Assembly (NCBI RefSeq): GCF_006345805.1
Contig: NC_042997.1
Location: forward strand, 63,178,001 to 63,242,000
Origin: Octopus sinensis
Taxonomy: Eukaryota
Direction: 5' to 3'
Length of the DNA stretch: 64,000 nt
The notes beneath the pieces are model-generated. The model searched no databases. It was not told where the DNA came from and saw nothing but the letters and a program-made list of their open reading frames with translations. Every line of letters begins with the position of its first letter. Position 1 is the stretch's first letter. Of the stretch, positions 26,992 to 38,207 are shown one piece after another. The translations under genes and the position numbers were made by a program.

Positions 26992-29047
26992 TGCCGCAAG
27001 GGCTCATATGGCTGTAAAGATCAACTAATGATTAATAAAGCCGTAACTGAAGACAGCCACAGAAAGAAGAAAGGCCTCAGTATGGCCTGGATTGACTACA
27101 AAAAGGCGTTTGATAGCATCCCCCACACATGGATCCTCGAAACACTAGCCATTAACAAAGTAGCACCAACAATCATAAAATTCATAGAGCACTCTATGAA
27201 TAAATGGCAAACAGTCCTACACCTCCAAACAAAAGAGGGACTCATGAAAACCAAAGACATCCCCATTAGAAGAGGAATATTCCAGGGAGACACGCTCTCT
27301 CCACTCCTTTTCTGCTTGGCACTGTCACCTCTATCTGATATGCTAATAGAACTGGATGCGGATATAAATGTTACGGCAAAACGATCAGCCACCTTTTATA
27401 TATGGATGACCTAAAACTATACGCTGCAAATGACAAACAGCTGGAAACACTATTAAAGACAGTTCATGGATTTACCAAAGAAATAGATATGAAATTTGGA
27501 TTAGAAAAATGCGCCAAAGTAACCATGAAAAGAGGAAAACTAGTTAAGAGTAACAACATCACACTAGATAAAACCAATGAAATAAAAGAATTAGACCAAA
27601 GCCAAACTTACAAATACTTAGGAATCCATGAACTAGATAAGACACAACACACACAAATGAAAGAGAAAATAAAAAAAGAATATTATAGACGAGTTAGATC
27701 AATACTAAAAACAGAGCTCAATGCTAAAAACAAGATAATAGGTATCAACACTTTAGCTGTCCCAGTTATAAGTTACAGCTACAATATCCTTAACTGGACA
27801 CGAAATGAACTGTCCAAAATAGATAGGAAAACAAGAAAATACTGACAGGATCTAGGATGCATCACCCAAAATCTGACATAGAAAGACTATATATACACGT
27901 ATAGAAGGTGGTAGAGGCCTTATACAGCTGGAAAACTACTATAAAATAACCACCATAGGACTGCAAAAATACCTACTTCAGAAGGAAGGAAAACTGATCC
28001 AGATAGCAGCAAAACACGAGCAAAACAAAAAACTGTTCTCAGTATTTAAGGAAGCTGACAAATACAAACAAGAAATCATACCACCTAATAAACACAAAGA
28101 AGAAGAAGAAGATGATGAAGAAACAACAAAAGCTATAAAACAAATGAAATCCAAGCTAAACTAGAACAGCAACGAGCCATGATAAAACGATGGCAAAAAA
28201 GCCCCTTCATGGTAAATACTGCACTAAACTAAACGCAAAAGAAATAGACAAAGAAAAATCCCAGCAATGGTTGAGAAGCTCAGGACTCAAAGCAGAAACA
28301 GAGGGATTTTTAATTGCAGCACAAGACCAAAGCCTCCCCATCAGAAATTACCAAAAACATGTAATGAAAAGAAATATTACAAGTAACTGCAGAATATGTG
28401 GAGATGGACAAGAAACAATAAATCATATTATCTCTAGCTGCCCAGTCCTGGCTAAGAAGGAATATATCACAGATATGACAGAGTTGGAACCTACATACAT
28501 TGGAAGCTATGCCAACATTATGGAATAACAACAGAAAAAAGATGGTATAGGCACACACCAGAAAAGGTCACAGAAAACGAGAAAGCAACCATACTCTGGG
28601 ATATGCCGATACACACAGATAGAGAAATTAAGGCCAACAGACCAGATATAGTTATCAGAGATCATGAAGAAAAAAATGCTTTCTAATTGATGTATCAATA
28701 CCGGCAGATGACAACGTGTCTCTAAAAGAAATGGAGAAACTCTCAAATACAAAGACCTGGAAATAGAGGTAACTAGAATGTGGAACCTGAAAACAGAAAC
28801 AATTCCTATCATAGTAGGTGCATTAGGCATGATAAAAAAAAATTCAGACAATACATAACAAAAACACCAGGACTTACAAACACATATAACATACAGAAAA
28901 TTGCACTACTAGGCACTGCACACATCCTACGCAGAACACTTTCCATACAATAACCATCAGAGCATCACAACAAATCACAGCACATACCCAAGGCACACAG
29001 AGCTGCGCTCGGTAGTGAAGTGAAAGCACGCTATAAAAATAAAACTA

Positions 29048-29050
<3 letters not shown>
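26992..29050 (+). mobile_element. 5'-truncated R4/Dong-type LINE (RT, CCHC, RLE, 3' UTR) inserted in (TAA)n
   Basis: CRKGSYGCKDQLMIN, AWIDYKKAFDSIPH, GIFQGDTLSPLLFCLAL, YMDDLKLYA, CRICGDGQETINHIISSCPVLA, RPDIVIRD and LGTAHILRRTL, with stop at 28951. (AAT)n on both sides. Several frameshifts. Confidence 0.93.
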
Positions 29051-29121
<71 letters not shown>

Positions 29122-29165
29122 TAATAATAATAATAATAATGATAATAATAATTATTATTATTATT

Positions 29166-29778
<613 letters not shown>

Positions 29779-30362
29779 GAGGATGGCAGAATAAAAGAAG
29801 CATCAAAGTCACTGACATTTCTGATATTTGTCCCAACTCTTTACGATGCAATGATCATAAGTTAATTACTCGATATACATTAAGTTATAAGAAGGAGAGA
29901 GTTTGATTTCTGACATTTTTCCCTGTGAAAGTTTACGCATATATACTTAGTGTGTATATCATGTATTTCAGAATTTTATTATATCACAGCGCAACTGGTC
30001 TTCTTACCGTTTTGACCATTATCATGCCCACCAGTCCAAACTAAATTATGCATGTGCTATAACTTTTGTTGTGGCTTGTATCATTTCCTTCGATTGAACT
30101 AAGTAAGAATACGAAATGTATTACTAGAATAATCGATGAACTTTCAATGTTTTGATTAACCTAAGAAACTCGGTTTGCCCAACATGGTAAATTTTCCAAT
30201 TTAGTAACGTTAGAATTCCGATAAATATCCTGTGAGTTCAACTCTACACAAAACACACAAACACACTCACACACACACAGACAGACAAACACACACACAC
30301 GCGCACACACACATAAACACAAACCCACACGCACGCACGCACACATACTCTTTTCTTCTCTA

Positions 30363-30747
30363 CGCACAAGGCTCGAAATTTTTGAAGAAAGGGCCAGTCG
30401 ATTAGATCGACCTCAGTACGCAACTGGTACTTAATTTATCGATCCCGGAAGGATGAAAGGAATAATTGACCTCGGCGAAATTTGAACTCAGAACATAAAG
30501 AGAGACGAAATACCCATTTCTTTACTACCCACAAGGGGCTAAACACAGAGAGGACAAACAAAGACAGACAAACGGATTAATTCGATTATATCGACCCCAG
30601 TGCGTAACTGGTACTTATTTAATCGACCCCGAAAGGATGAAAGGCAAAGTCGACCTCGGTGGAATTTGAACTCAGAACGTAGCGGCAGACGAAATATCGC
30701 TAAGCATTTCGTCCGGCGTACAAACGTTTCTGCCAGCTCACCGCCTT
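30363..30747 (-). mobile_element. Two adjacent SINE S3 copies (30363-30514 partial, 30515-30747 near full)
   Basis: Both contain actggtactta..atcga.ccc.gaaaggatgaaagg..gacctcgg.g.aatttgaactcagaac. Confidence 0.8.
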
Positions 30748-30959
30748 ATGCACGCAGACATACTGGCAAACACTGCTTTCCTTGCATTATGGAAACAGTT
30801 GAAGTGAAAACGATATTTTCTAAAAGTCAAAGTGTAATTTTTGTTTAAATAAAATCTTTGCAAAAGACTATCAGGTAGACAATGTAGTCCAGAGTGGCTA
30901 CGTTCTAATTTCCGAAGCTAGTAAAAGAATAAAAGTATAGAAACACAAACACACGCATG

Positions 30960-31011
<52 letters not shown>

Positions 31012-31096
31012 TACGTACAAACACACACGCATATATGTATATATATATATATATAATATATATATATATATCTATATATATACGTCTATACATATA

Positions 31097-31159
<63 letters not shown>

Positions 31160-31164
31160 TATAT

Positions 31165-31770
31165 GCAATAATAAATCTCTGAACGAGATGTAAACAGTAA
31201 CTGCACGACAATGTGAGGTATACTAGCCATCTCAATATGGCTAACCACTAAGGGTGGGTGTTACTGTAGCTTGTAGCCCCAGGAGATTATCGTCGCCAGC
31301 TGGCTTTAGGTACACTTTCTGTGCTCTTATGGTATTTGCAAAGGGAGGTCATCCCTTCCTCGTCAACCTAGGTGACACGCACGGACTGCAGTTTCTAGGT
31401 ATTTGCCTGTCTTCAGCGTACGGTAGTTACCGGTTGTCGATGAAGGGAGTCCCAATGCAAATCTTTATATCGTTTTTCCAGTATCTTTTCGTCACTGATC
31501 TCGAAAAACTCTATGCAAGCAATAATAAATCTCTGAACGAGATGTAAACAGTAACTGCACGACAATGTAAGGTATACTAGCCATCTCAATCATCGCGATC
31601 ATCGTCTCCAGCTGGCTTTAGGCACACTTTCTGCGCCCTTTGCAAATACCATAAGGGCACAGAAAGTATGCCTAAAGCCAGCTGGAGACGATGATCGCCT
31701 GGGGCTACAAGCTACAGTAACACCCACCCTTAGTGGTTAGCCATATTGAGATGGCTAGTATACCTTGCAT
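31165..31770 (-). mobile_element. HHR-bearing 354-bp unit with partial tandem copy and inverted arm (PLE pLTR/retrozyme-like), in (TA)n
   Basis: 31165-31236 is repeated at 31519-31590 (period 354). 31640-31770 is an inverted copy of ~31210-31340. HHR at 31378-31422. Confidence 0.75.
31378..31422 (-). ncRNA. Type I hammerhead ribozyme motif
   Basis: Minus strand: CGUACG-CUGAAGA-cAGGcaaauaCCUa-GAAA-CUGCAG-UC^-CGUGCG. Stem I is 6 bp (one GU), stem II is 3 bp with a C.A closing pair, stem III is the palindrome ACUGCAGU. Confidence 0.8.
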
Positions 31771-31822
31771 TATATATATATGTATATATATATATATATA
31801 TATATTATACACACACACACAC

Positions 31823-31877
<55 letters not shown>

Positions 31878-31888
31878 GATATATGTAT

Positions 31889-32030
31889 AACCTAGATAGA
31901 CGTAGATATGTTTCGACCAAAGATTGGTTCAGGCTATTTCTAACTTACTAGCATCATCTGATAGGATTATCTAAATCCTGTGTAAGTCACATTTTATTTA
32001 CGATCCATTCAAGTAGTGAGTTCTTGTTGG
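31889..32030 (-). mobile_element. Orphan 3' end of the CR1/L2-group LINE family seen at 15261
   Basis: cctagata..gatatgtttcgaccaaagattgg..gataggatta..aatcctg..ccattcaagtagtgagttcttgttgg matches 15262-15402. Confidence 0.85.
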
Positions 32031-32144
32031 CTGATATTTATTGAGAATTTACAAAAAAAAAAAAGCCCCAAAAAACAATAGACGAAGACGGATGTGTAAA
32101 CAACAAGCCGATATATTAGTTTAACGCTCGGGAAGTGACAGAAT

Positions 32145-32181
32145 CTTTTACATTTCGAGCCTACGCTCTTCGACGGAAAGG
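32145..32181 (-). ncRNA. Degenerate hammerhead-like motif in a PLE-like terminal fragment
   Basis: Minus strand: cuuu-CCGUCGA-aGAGCguagGCUC-GAAA-UGUA-aaag. Stems I and II are present, but the core departs from CUGANGA at two positions. Confidence 0.4.
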
Positions 32182-32374
32182 GACACAGAATTAATCAGGG
32201 AGTGAGAGAGAAAGAAAACAAAAACGTTTAGTGGCTAGCGATCTATTCATACATACACACATATATATATATTTATACCGGAGTAAACACATAAATGTGA
32301 AACAAGGTGGAAAAAAAGAGTACCCAAATACCAGTGGTAGAGTAATATGCTTTATTTAAAGCAGCAGAAAATTC

Positions 32375-32428
32375 AACAAAATCTGTTACTCTGAGTTTCT
32401 CGTTGCCGTTCATCAGACAGTTTTTGTT
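32375..32428 (-). ncRNA. Type I hammerhead ribozyme motif in the PLE 3' region
   Basis: aacaaaaacugu-CUGAUGA-aCGgcaaCGa-GAAA-CUCAGAG-UA^-acagauuuuguu. Stem I is 11/12 bp, stem II is 2 bp with a GCAA loop and A.A closing pair. Confidence 0.75.
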
Positions 32429-33593
32429 AGAATGGAACCAATATATCAATTTAATCCAGACTCTTACAAACGCTACACCTTTACAACATGAACTTGCTTG
32501 ATTGGCCCTTTAGAAATAACGGTCAATATTCGAGCGATAAATAAAAAATGAGCTCAAAAATATATATGTATATATATATATAAAAATTATGAAAATTATA
32601 AAATTCGAGGAAAAACCTTACATTGAACAAAATACATATTGACGTTAAAGAAGGAAATATAATTAATACATGGAAATTAAAATGCATTATAAATATTACA
32701 CTGCAATACATATTCATATTAAAGTGTACATATATATATCAACATACACAGAAGGATGCGTGCAAACGCCATACATATACAGACGTATAAATATAAATCT
32801 AAAATATACACACAAATGCATGCACACATATGTATACGCAATCTATCTCGCACGCAAGTTAAAATCATGGATGCTAATGTAGCGTTCCTTATTTACGGAG
32901 CAAAGCTTAAGACATAAGTAAGTGAGGGGGACGTAAAGTTGTATGCACCAGTATCATATAGTTAGAGAAAAAAACGAAAGAAAGGAAGAGAGAGAAAAAG
33001 AAACGAAGAAGGGGGAAGGAAAAAAGAAAAAGGAGGAGTGAGGAAAAAACGAAATAAGAAAAATTATGTATACAACTGTGTAACCACGTTATTGACATAT
33101 ATATAGAGACAAGTATACAAACACACAAGTTCAAATGGATACATACACATACAGTCGTGTATGTGTGTGCTTAAGCACAAACATACGCTCACTTACACAT
33201 ACACAGAGACGCATGCTTACAAATACATATCCATGGCTATACACATATTTACATCAAAATTCTAATTTTTGACAACATTGCTTTTTTAAAATATTGGTGA
33301 GTGTAATAATGAAAAATATACGAAAGACATAAAATATAACACCCTATTTTGGATCATCTATAAATTAAAAACCAAAGTAATCCTATACAATACAATAACA
33401 TGAAATAAACAAAGCCGAAGGTTTTTCCTAATGTATATGTAGAAATATAAACAAAATAAACAAAATATATGCATGAGACTTTGCTATACGGAATGAAATC
33501 TGCATAGCGCGAAACAAATCCATCGTCGCGTTTACATACTAGTCCAAGAGTCAAAATCAAAATTTCAAACATCAAAAATACAAAATATATACT

Positions 33594-34004
33594 CTATCTA
33601 TATGGTATATTTACATTTGACATTTTAAATTTGGTTGAGTGTCTACATAAGTTCATCAGCTCACTTCTTTGATTCAAAGAATTATTGTCTTTGAATAAAA
33701 TATACAGTTTCTCTAATAGGCAAAGATTGCACTTAAAATTATTCCTGTGTGCTCTATGCCTGTATGGTGCCGCTCTGTCCAGAATGCTCCATGTCACGTT
33801 GAAAGGTGGGGTTTCCTTTTCTTTTAGTTCCCAGACATATTTTGCTAGGCTGGTCCTCTTCCTATTCTCTGGGTATCTAAATGAATTTTTATGCGAATAA
33901 AATCGTGTTTTAAACGAATTTTCTGAAGCCCCTGTATATGTCTTGTATTCCGATGAGCCTTCTATTTGTACCTTGGCTCTATAAACTACTCTTTTACTAG
34001 ACAT
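33594..34004 (-). CDS. GIY-YIG (Uri) endonuclease domain of the PLE (fragment of a frameshifted ORF)
   Basis: VVY-x-YTG pattern, R..H helix, C-terminal CxLCLxEK and LNxRSE..CRH typical of Neptune-type PLEs. Confidence 0.85.
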   Translation of the reverse strand: MSSKRVVYRAKVQIEGSSEYKTYTGASENSFKTRFYSHKNSFRYPENRKRTSLAKYVWELKEKETPPFNVTWSILDRAAPYRHRAHRNNFKCNLCLLEKLYILFKDNNSLNQRSELMNLCRHSTKFKMSNVNIPYR

Positions 34005-35327
34005 TTCCCTTCTAACGGACAGGAGGTTTCATTTTTTCAATTGCATTTCTTAATGGGCTCGGCACCATGTTTAATCTCAATCAGATTCCTATTATGCTGG
34101 CTAATGTAAGGGGCAAAATTTCTGCAACAAGAATAGCTAATTCTTCAGGGTTCTTCTATTAAATACCCTATAGAATTTATGGCCCTGCTTAAAATGCTTA
34201 GAGACTAATCTCAAAAATTCCTTACCTATATTAGTCTTTACGGCCAAATTGAAAGCCGGGTTGAACCACAAAACTTTCCTGGTCCTAGTTCTTCGTGCAG
34301 CATTATTATCAGCATTAAGCTGGCTGTATTGGATCTTCTCAGAGAATCCACTATTCTTTAATGCGCTATCGTACAGAGAAATATGAAAGAAAAAATTACT
34401 TTGATTTTTAATTTATAGATGATCCAAAATAGGGTGTTATATTTTATATGTCTTTCGTATATTTTTCATTATTACACTCACCATTTTTTAAAAAGGGCAA
34501 TGTTGTCAAAAATTAGAATTTTGATGTAAATATGTGTATAGCCATGGATATGTATTTGTAAGCATGCGTCTCTGTGTATGTGTAAGTGAGCGTATGTTTG
34601 TGCTTAAGGCACACACATACACGACTGTATGTGTATGTATCCATTTGAACTTGTGTGTTTATATACTTGTCTCTATATAAATGTCAATAACGTGGTTACA
34701 CAACTTGAATACATAATTTTTCTTATTTCGTTTTTTCCTCACTCCTCCTTTTTCTTTTTTCCTTCCCCCTTCTTCGTTTCTTTCGTTTTTTTCTCTAACT
34801 ATATGATACTGGTGCATACAACTTTACGTCCCCCTCACTTACTTATGTCTTAAGCTTTGCTCCGTAAATAAGGAACGCTACATTAGCATCCATGATTTTA
34901 ACTTGCGTGCGAGATAGATTGCGTATACATATGTGTGCATGCATTTGTGTGTATATTTTAGATTTATATTTATACGTTTGTATATGTATGGCGTTTGCAC
35001 GCATCCTTCTGTGTATGTTGATATATATATGTACACTTTTATGAATATGTATTGCAGTGTAATATTTATAATGCATTTTAATTTTCCATGTTATTATATT
35101 TCCTTCTTTAACGTCAATATGTATTTTGTTCAATGTAAGGTTTTTCCTCGAATTTTATAATTTTCATAATTTTTATATATATATATACATATATATTTTT
35201 GAGCTCATTTTTTATTTATCGCTCGAATATTGACCGTTATTTCTAAAGGGCCAATCAAGCAAGTCCATTTTTTAAAGGTGTAGCGTTTGTAAGAGTTTGG
35301 ATTGAATTGATATATCGGTTCCATTCT

Positions 35328-35381
35328 AACAAAATCTGTCTGATGAACGGCAACGAGAAACTCAGAGTAACAGATTTTGTT
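35328..35381 (+). ncRNA. Type I hammerhead ribozyme motif in the inverted PLE arm
   Basis: aacaaaaucugu-CUGAUGA-aCGgcaaCGa-GAAA-CUCAGAG-UA^(35369)-acagauuuuguu. Perfect 12-bp stem I. Confidence 0.8.
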
Positions 35382-35552
35382 GAATTTTCTGCTGCTTTAA
35401 ATAAAGTATATATATTTATGTATACAAATATAACAATTTAGGAGTGACCCCAACAGGTCACTCGTCCACCAGAAAGAGCAGCCATAACTCACCACGCCAA
35501 GTAGTAGTAATTCAGAAAATTGGTGAAATTTAAAAACATTTACCCTAATTCA

Positions 35553-35647
35553 TCTTTTAGACGTTGCAACGTTTCTGTGTCATTATGATTAAATTAGCTT
35601 AATTAATTAAGCCAATCTACCATAGGTTACACTTCATCAGTAAAAGA
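35553..35647 (-). ncRNA. Type I hammerhead, array copy 1
   Basis: UCUUUUA-CUGAUGA-aGUGU[48 nt]ACACa-GAAA-CGUUGCAACG-UC^-UAAAAGA. Confidence 0.8.
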
Positions 35648-36017
35648 CCTGGGAGAGACAAATATACACGAGGCGTCTGTATCGATGCCTACGGGGATTC
35701 TGACTTAAAATTTTCAAGACTGACGTATTCGCGCCAAACTTATCAAGCAGTAAATATAAGCTGCCGATTCAATCTCAGAATTATTCAGAAAATTATCAAT
35801 TAGTCAATTTAGGGTAGCAAAAAAATTCAATAAATTTATCGCAACCAGCGGCCTGGTGGAAAAGAGAAAATAGTCTCGACTAATATATAAATATAACAAT
35901 TTAGGAGTGACCCCAACAGGTCACTCGTCCACCAGAAAGAGCAGCCATAACTCACACACCGCCAAGTAGTAGTAATTCAGAAAATAGGTGAAAATTTAAA
36001 AACATTTACCCTAATCA

Positions 36018-36119
36018 TCTTTTAGACGTTGCAACGTTTCTGTGTCATTAATGATTAAATTAGCTTAATTAAATTAAATTAAGCCAATCTACCATAGGTT
36101 ACACTTCATCAGTAAAAGA
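36018..36119 (-). ncRNA. Type I hammerhead, array copy 2
   Basis: Same motif. Cleavage sites of copies 1 and 2 are 465 nt apart. Confidence 0.8.
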
Positions 36120-36391
36120 CCTGGGAGAGACAAATATACACGAGGCGTCTGTATCGATGCCTACGGGATATCTGACTTAAAATTTTCAAGACTGACGTAT
36201 TCGCGCCAAACTTATCAGCAGTAAATAAACTGCCGATTCAATCTCAGAATTATTCAGAAAATTATCAATTAGTCAATTTAGGGTAGCAAAAAAATTCAAT
36301 AGAATTTATCGCAACCCAGTCTTGAAAATTTTAAGTCAGATATCCCGTAGGCATCGATACAGACGCCTCGTGTATATTTGTCTCTCCCAGG

Positions 36392-36493
36392 TCTTTTACT
36401 GATGAAGTGTAACCTATGGTAGATTGGCTTAATTTAATTTAATTAAGCTAATTTAATCATTAATGACACAGAAACGTTGCAACGTCTAAAAGA
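36392..36493 (+). ncRNA. Type I hammerhead, array copy 3
   Basis: Same motif with a 55-nt stem II insert. Predicted cleavage after C36486. Confidence 0.8.
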
Positions 36494-36863
36494 TGAATTA
36501 GGGTAAATGTTTTTAAATTTTCACCTATTTTCTGAATTACTACTATTGGCGGTGTGAGTTATGGCTGCTCTTTCTGTGTGGACGAGGACCTGTTTTGGGT
36601 CACTCCTAAATGTTATATTTATATATTTAGTCGATGACTATTTTCTCCTTTACCACCGGCCGCTGGTTGCGATAAATTTCTATTGAATTTTTTTGCTACC
36701 CTAAATTGACTAATTGATAATTTTCTGAATAATTCTGAGATTGAATCGGCAGTTTATATTTACTGCTGATAAGTTTGGCGCGAATACGTCAGTCTTGAAA
36801 ATTTTAAGTCAGATATCCCGTAGGCATCGATACAGACGCCTCGTGTATATTGTCTCTCCCAGG

Positions 36864-36964
36864 TCTTTTACTGATGAAGTGTAACCTATGGTAGATTGGC
36901 TTAATTTAATTAATTAAGATAATTTAATCATTAATGACACAGAAACGTTGCAACGTCTAAAAGA
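36864..36964 (+). ncRNA. Type I hammerhead, array copy 4
   Basis: Same motif with a 54-nt insert. Predicted cleavage after C36957, 471 nt from copy 3. Confidence 0.8.
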
Positions 36965-37786
36965 TGAATTAGGGTAAATGTTTTTAAATTTTCACCTATT
37001 TTCTGAATTACTACTACTTGGCGGTGTGAGTTATGGCTGCTCTTTCTGGTGGACGAGTGACCTGTTGGGGTCACTCCTAAATTGTTATATTTATATATTT
37101 AGTCGATGACTATTTTCTCTTTTCCACCAGGCCGCTGGTTGCGATAAATTTCTATTGAATTTTTTTGCTACCCTAAATTGACTATTTATGTATACATATA
37201 TACACACATACATGCATATATGTAGACACACACTCACACACACATATATGTATGTATGTATATGTATATAAAATTTTAAGACAAATAAATGAAGAAAAAC
37301 AAATGAGTTGCCAGTGGCATGTATAAGGACACTAATAATGAATAAAATCATAATAATTCGGAGTAGGCAACGGTATGTTTATAACGTCAACAGAGAATAA
37401 ATTCTTACATTGTTGAAGTTGTATTCATCTCCAAATGAAAAATAAACAGATATCTCGTAACTATTGCGACCGATTCCAAATGAGAAATTCCAGTTGAGAA
37501 AATCGCAATAATCTAGAATTCTCAATTTTATTGAGACAAGGGGATACTGTGGTCACTGGATTTTGCCTGAATGGGCATTATCAACACAGCAGCTAGCCAG
37601 CATTGATTCCAAAATTCACGAGATTAGAGACGGATTGGAAGAGAAGTGTACACTTACGGATGAGAGTACACTAACGCATAAGGAGCTAACGGAAATGACT
37701 AAGAGAGGCTAATTACAATGCAAGTTTACTTTTCGGTTAGTTGAAATTATCTTCCCGTTGAGACAGAAAAGTAAACGAATGGCAAA

Positions 37787-38207
37787 GGCGCAGGAGTGGC
37801 TGTGTGGTAAATAGCTTGCTTACCAACCACATGGTTCCGGGTTCAGTCCCACTGCGTGGCACCTTGGACAAGTGTGTTCTACTATAGCCTCGGGGCGACC
37901 TCGTGAGTGGATTTGGTAGACGGAAACTGAAAGAAGCCCATCGTATATATGTATATGTATATGTATAAGTATGTTTGTGTGTGTGTGTTTGTGTGTGTGT
38001 GTGCGTGTCTGTGTCTGTCCCCCCAACATCGCTTGACAATCGATGCTGGTGTGTTTGTGTCCCCGTAACTTAGCGGTTAGACAAAAAGAGAACGATAGAA
38101 TAAGTACTAGGCTTACAAAGAATAAGTCCTGGGGTCGATTTGCTCGACTAAAAGCGGTGCTCAAGCATGGCCAGAGTCAAAATGACTGAAACAAGTAAAG
38201 AGAGAGA
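37787..38207 (+). mobile_element. SINE family S1, best-preserved copy
   Basis: ggcgcaggagtggctgtgtggt (A-box-like), ggttcagtccc (B-box-like), ggcaccttggacaagtgt, internal (TA/TG), tail ending gcggtgctcaagcatggcc..aaatgactgaaacaagtaaag. Confidence 0.85.

Larger units (their letters stand above)
32275..35406 (-). mobile_element. Penelope-like element (Neptune-type), 5'-truncated, with ~1-kb inverted terminal arm
   Basis: Minus-strand coding remnant 34379-33594: RTRTRKVLWFNPAFNLAVKTNIGKEFLRLVSKHF, SYSC, CN*..CPLEGKCL, VVYRAKV..YTGASENSFKTRFYSH, CNLCLLEKLYI..LNQRSELMNLCRH. 32350-33380 is mirrored at 34396-35406, and each arm carries an HHR. AATAAA near the 3' end. Confidence 0.9.
35426..37184. 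repeat. ~465-bp tandem array with central inversion, each unit carrying a hammerhead (non-LTR retrozyme-like)
   Basis: Units start at 35426 and 35889 (period 463). Orientation flips at 36316/36317. Inverted units run to ~37184. Four HHRs. Confidence 0.9.

Noticed and set aside
35426-37184. CRISPR-like or simple satellite interpretation of the array
   Set aside because: Whole units repeat with no variable spacers, the context is eukaryotic, and each unit carries a ribozyme core
37091-37351. 86-aa ORF overlapping the array end
   Set aside because: Crosses a microsatellite and is not kept open in other array copies
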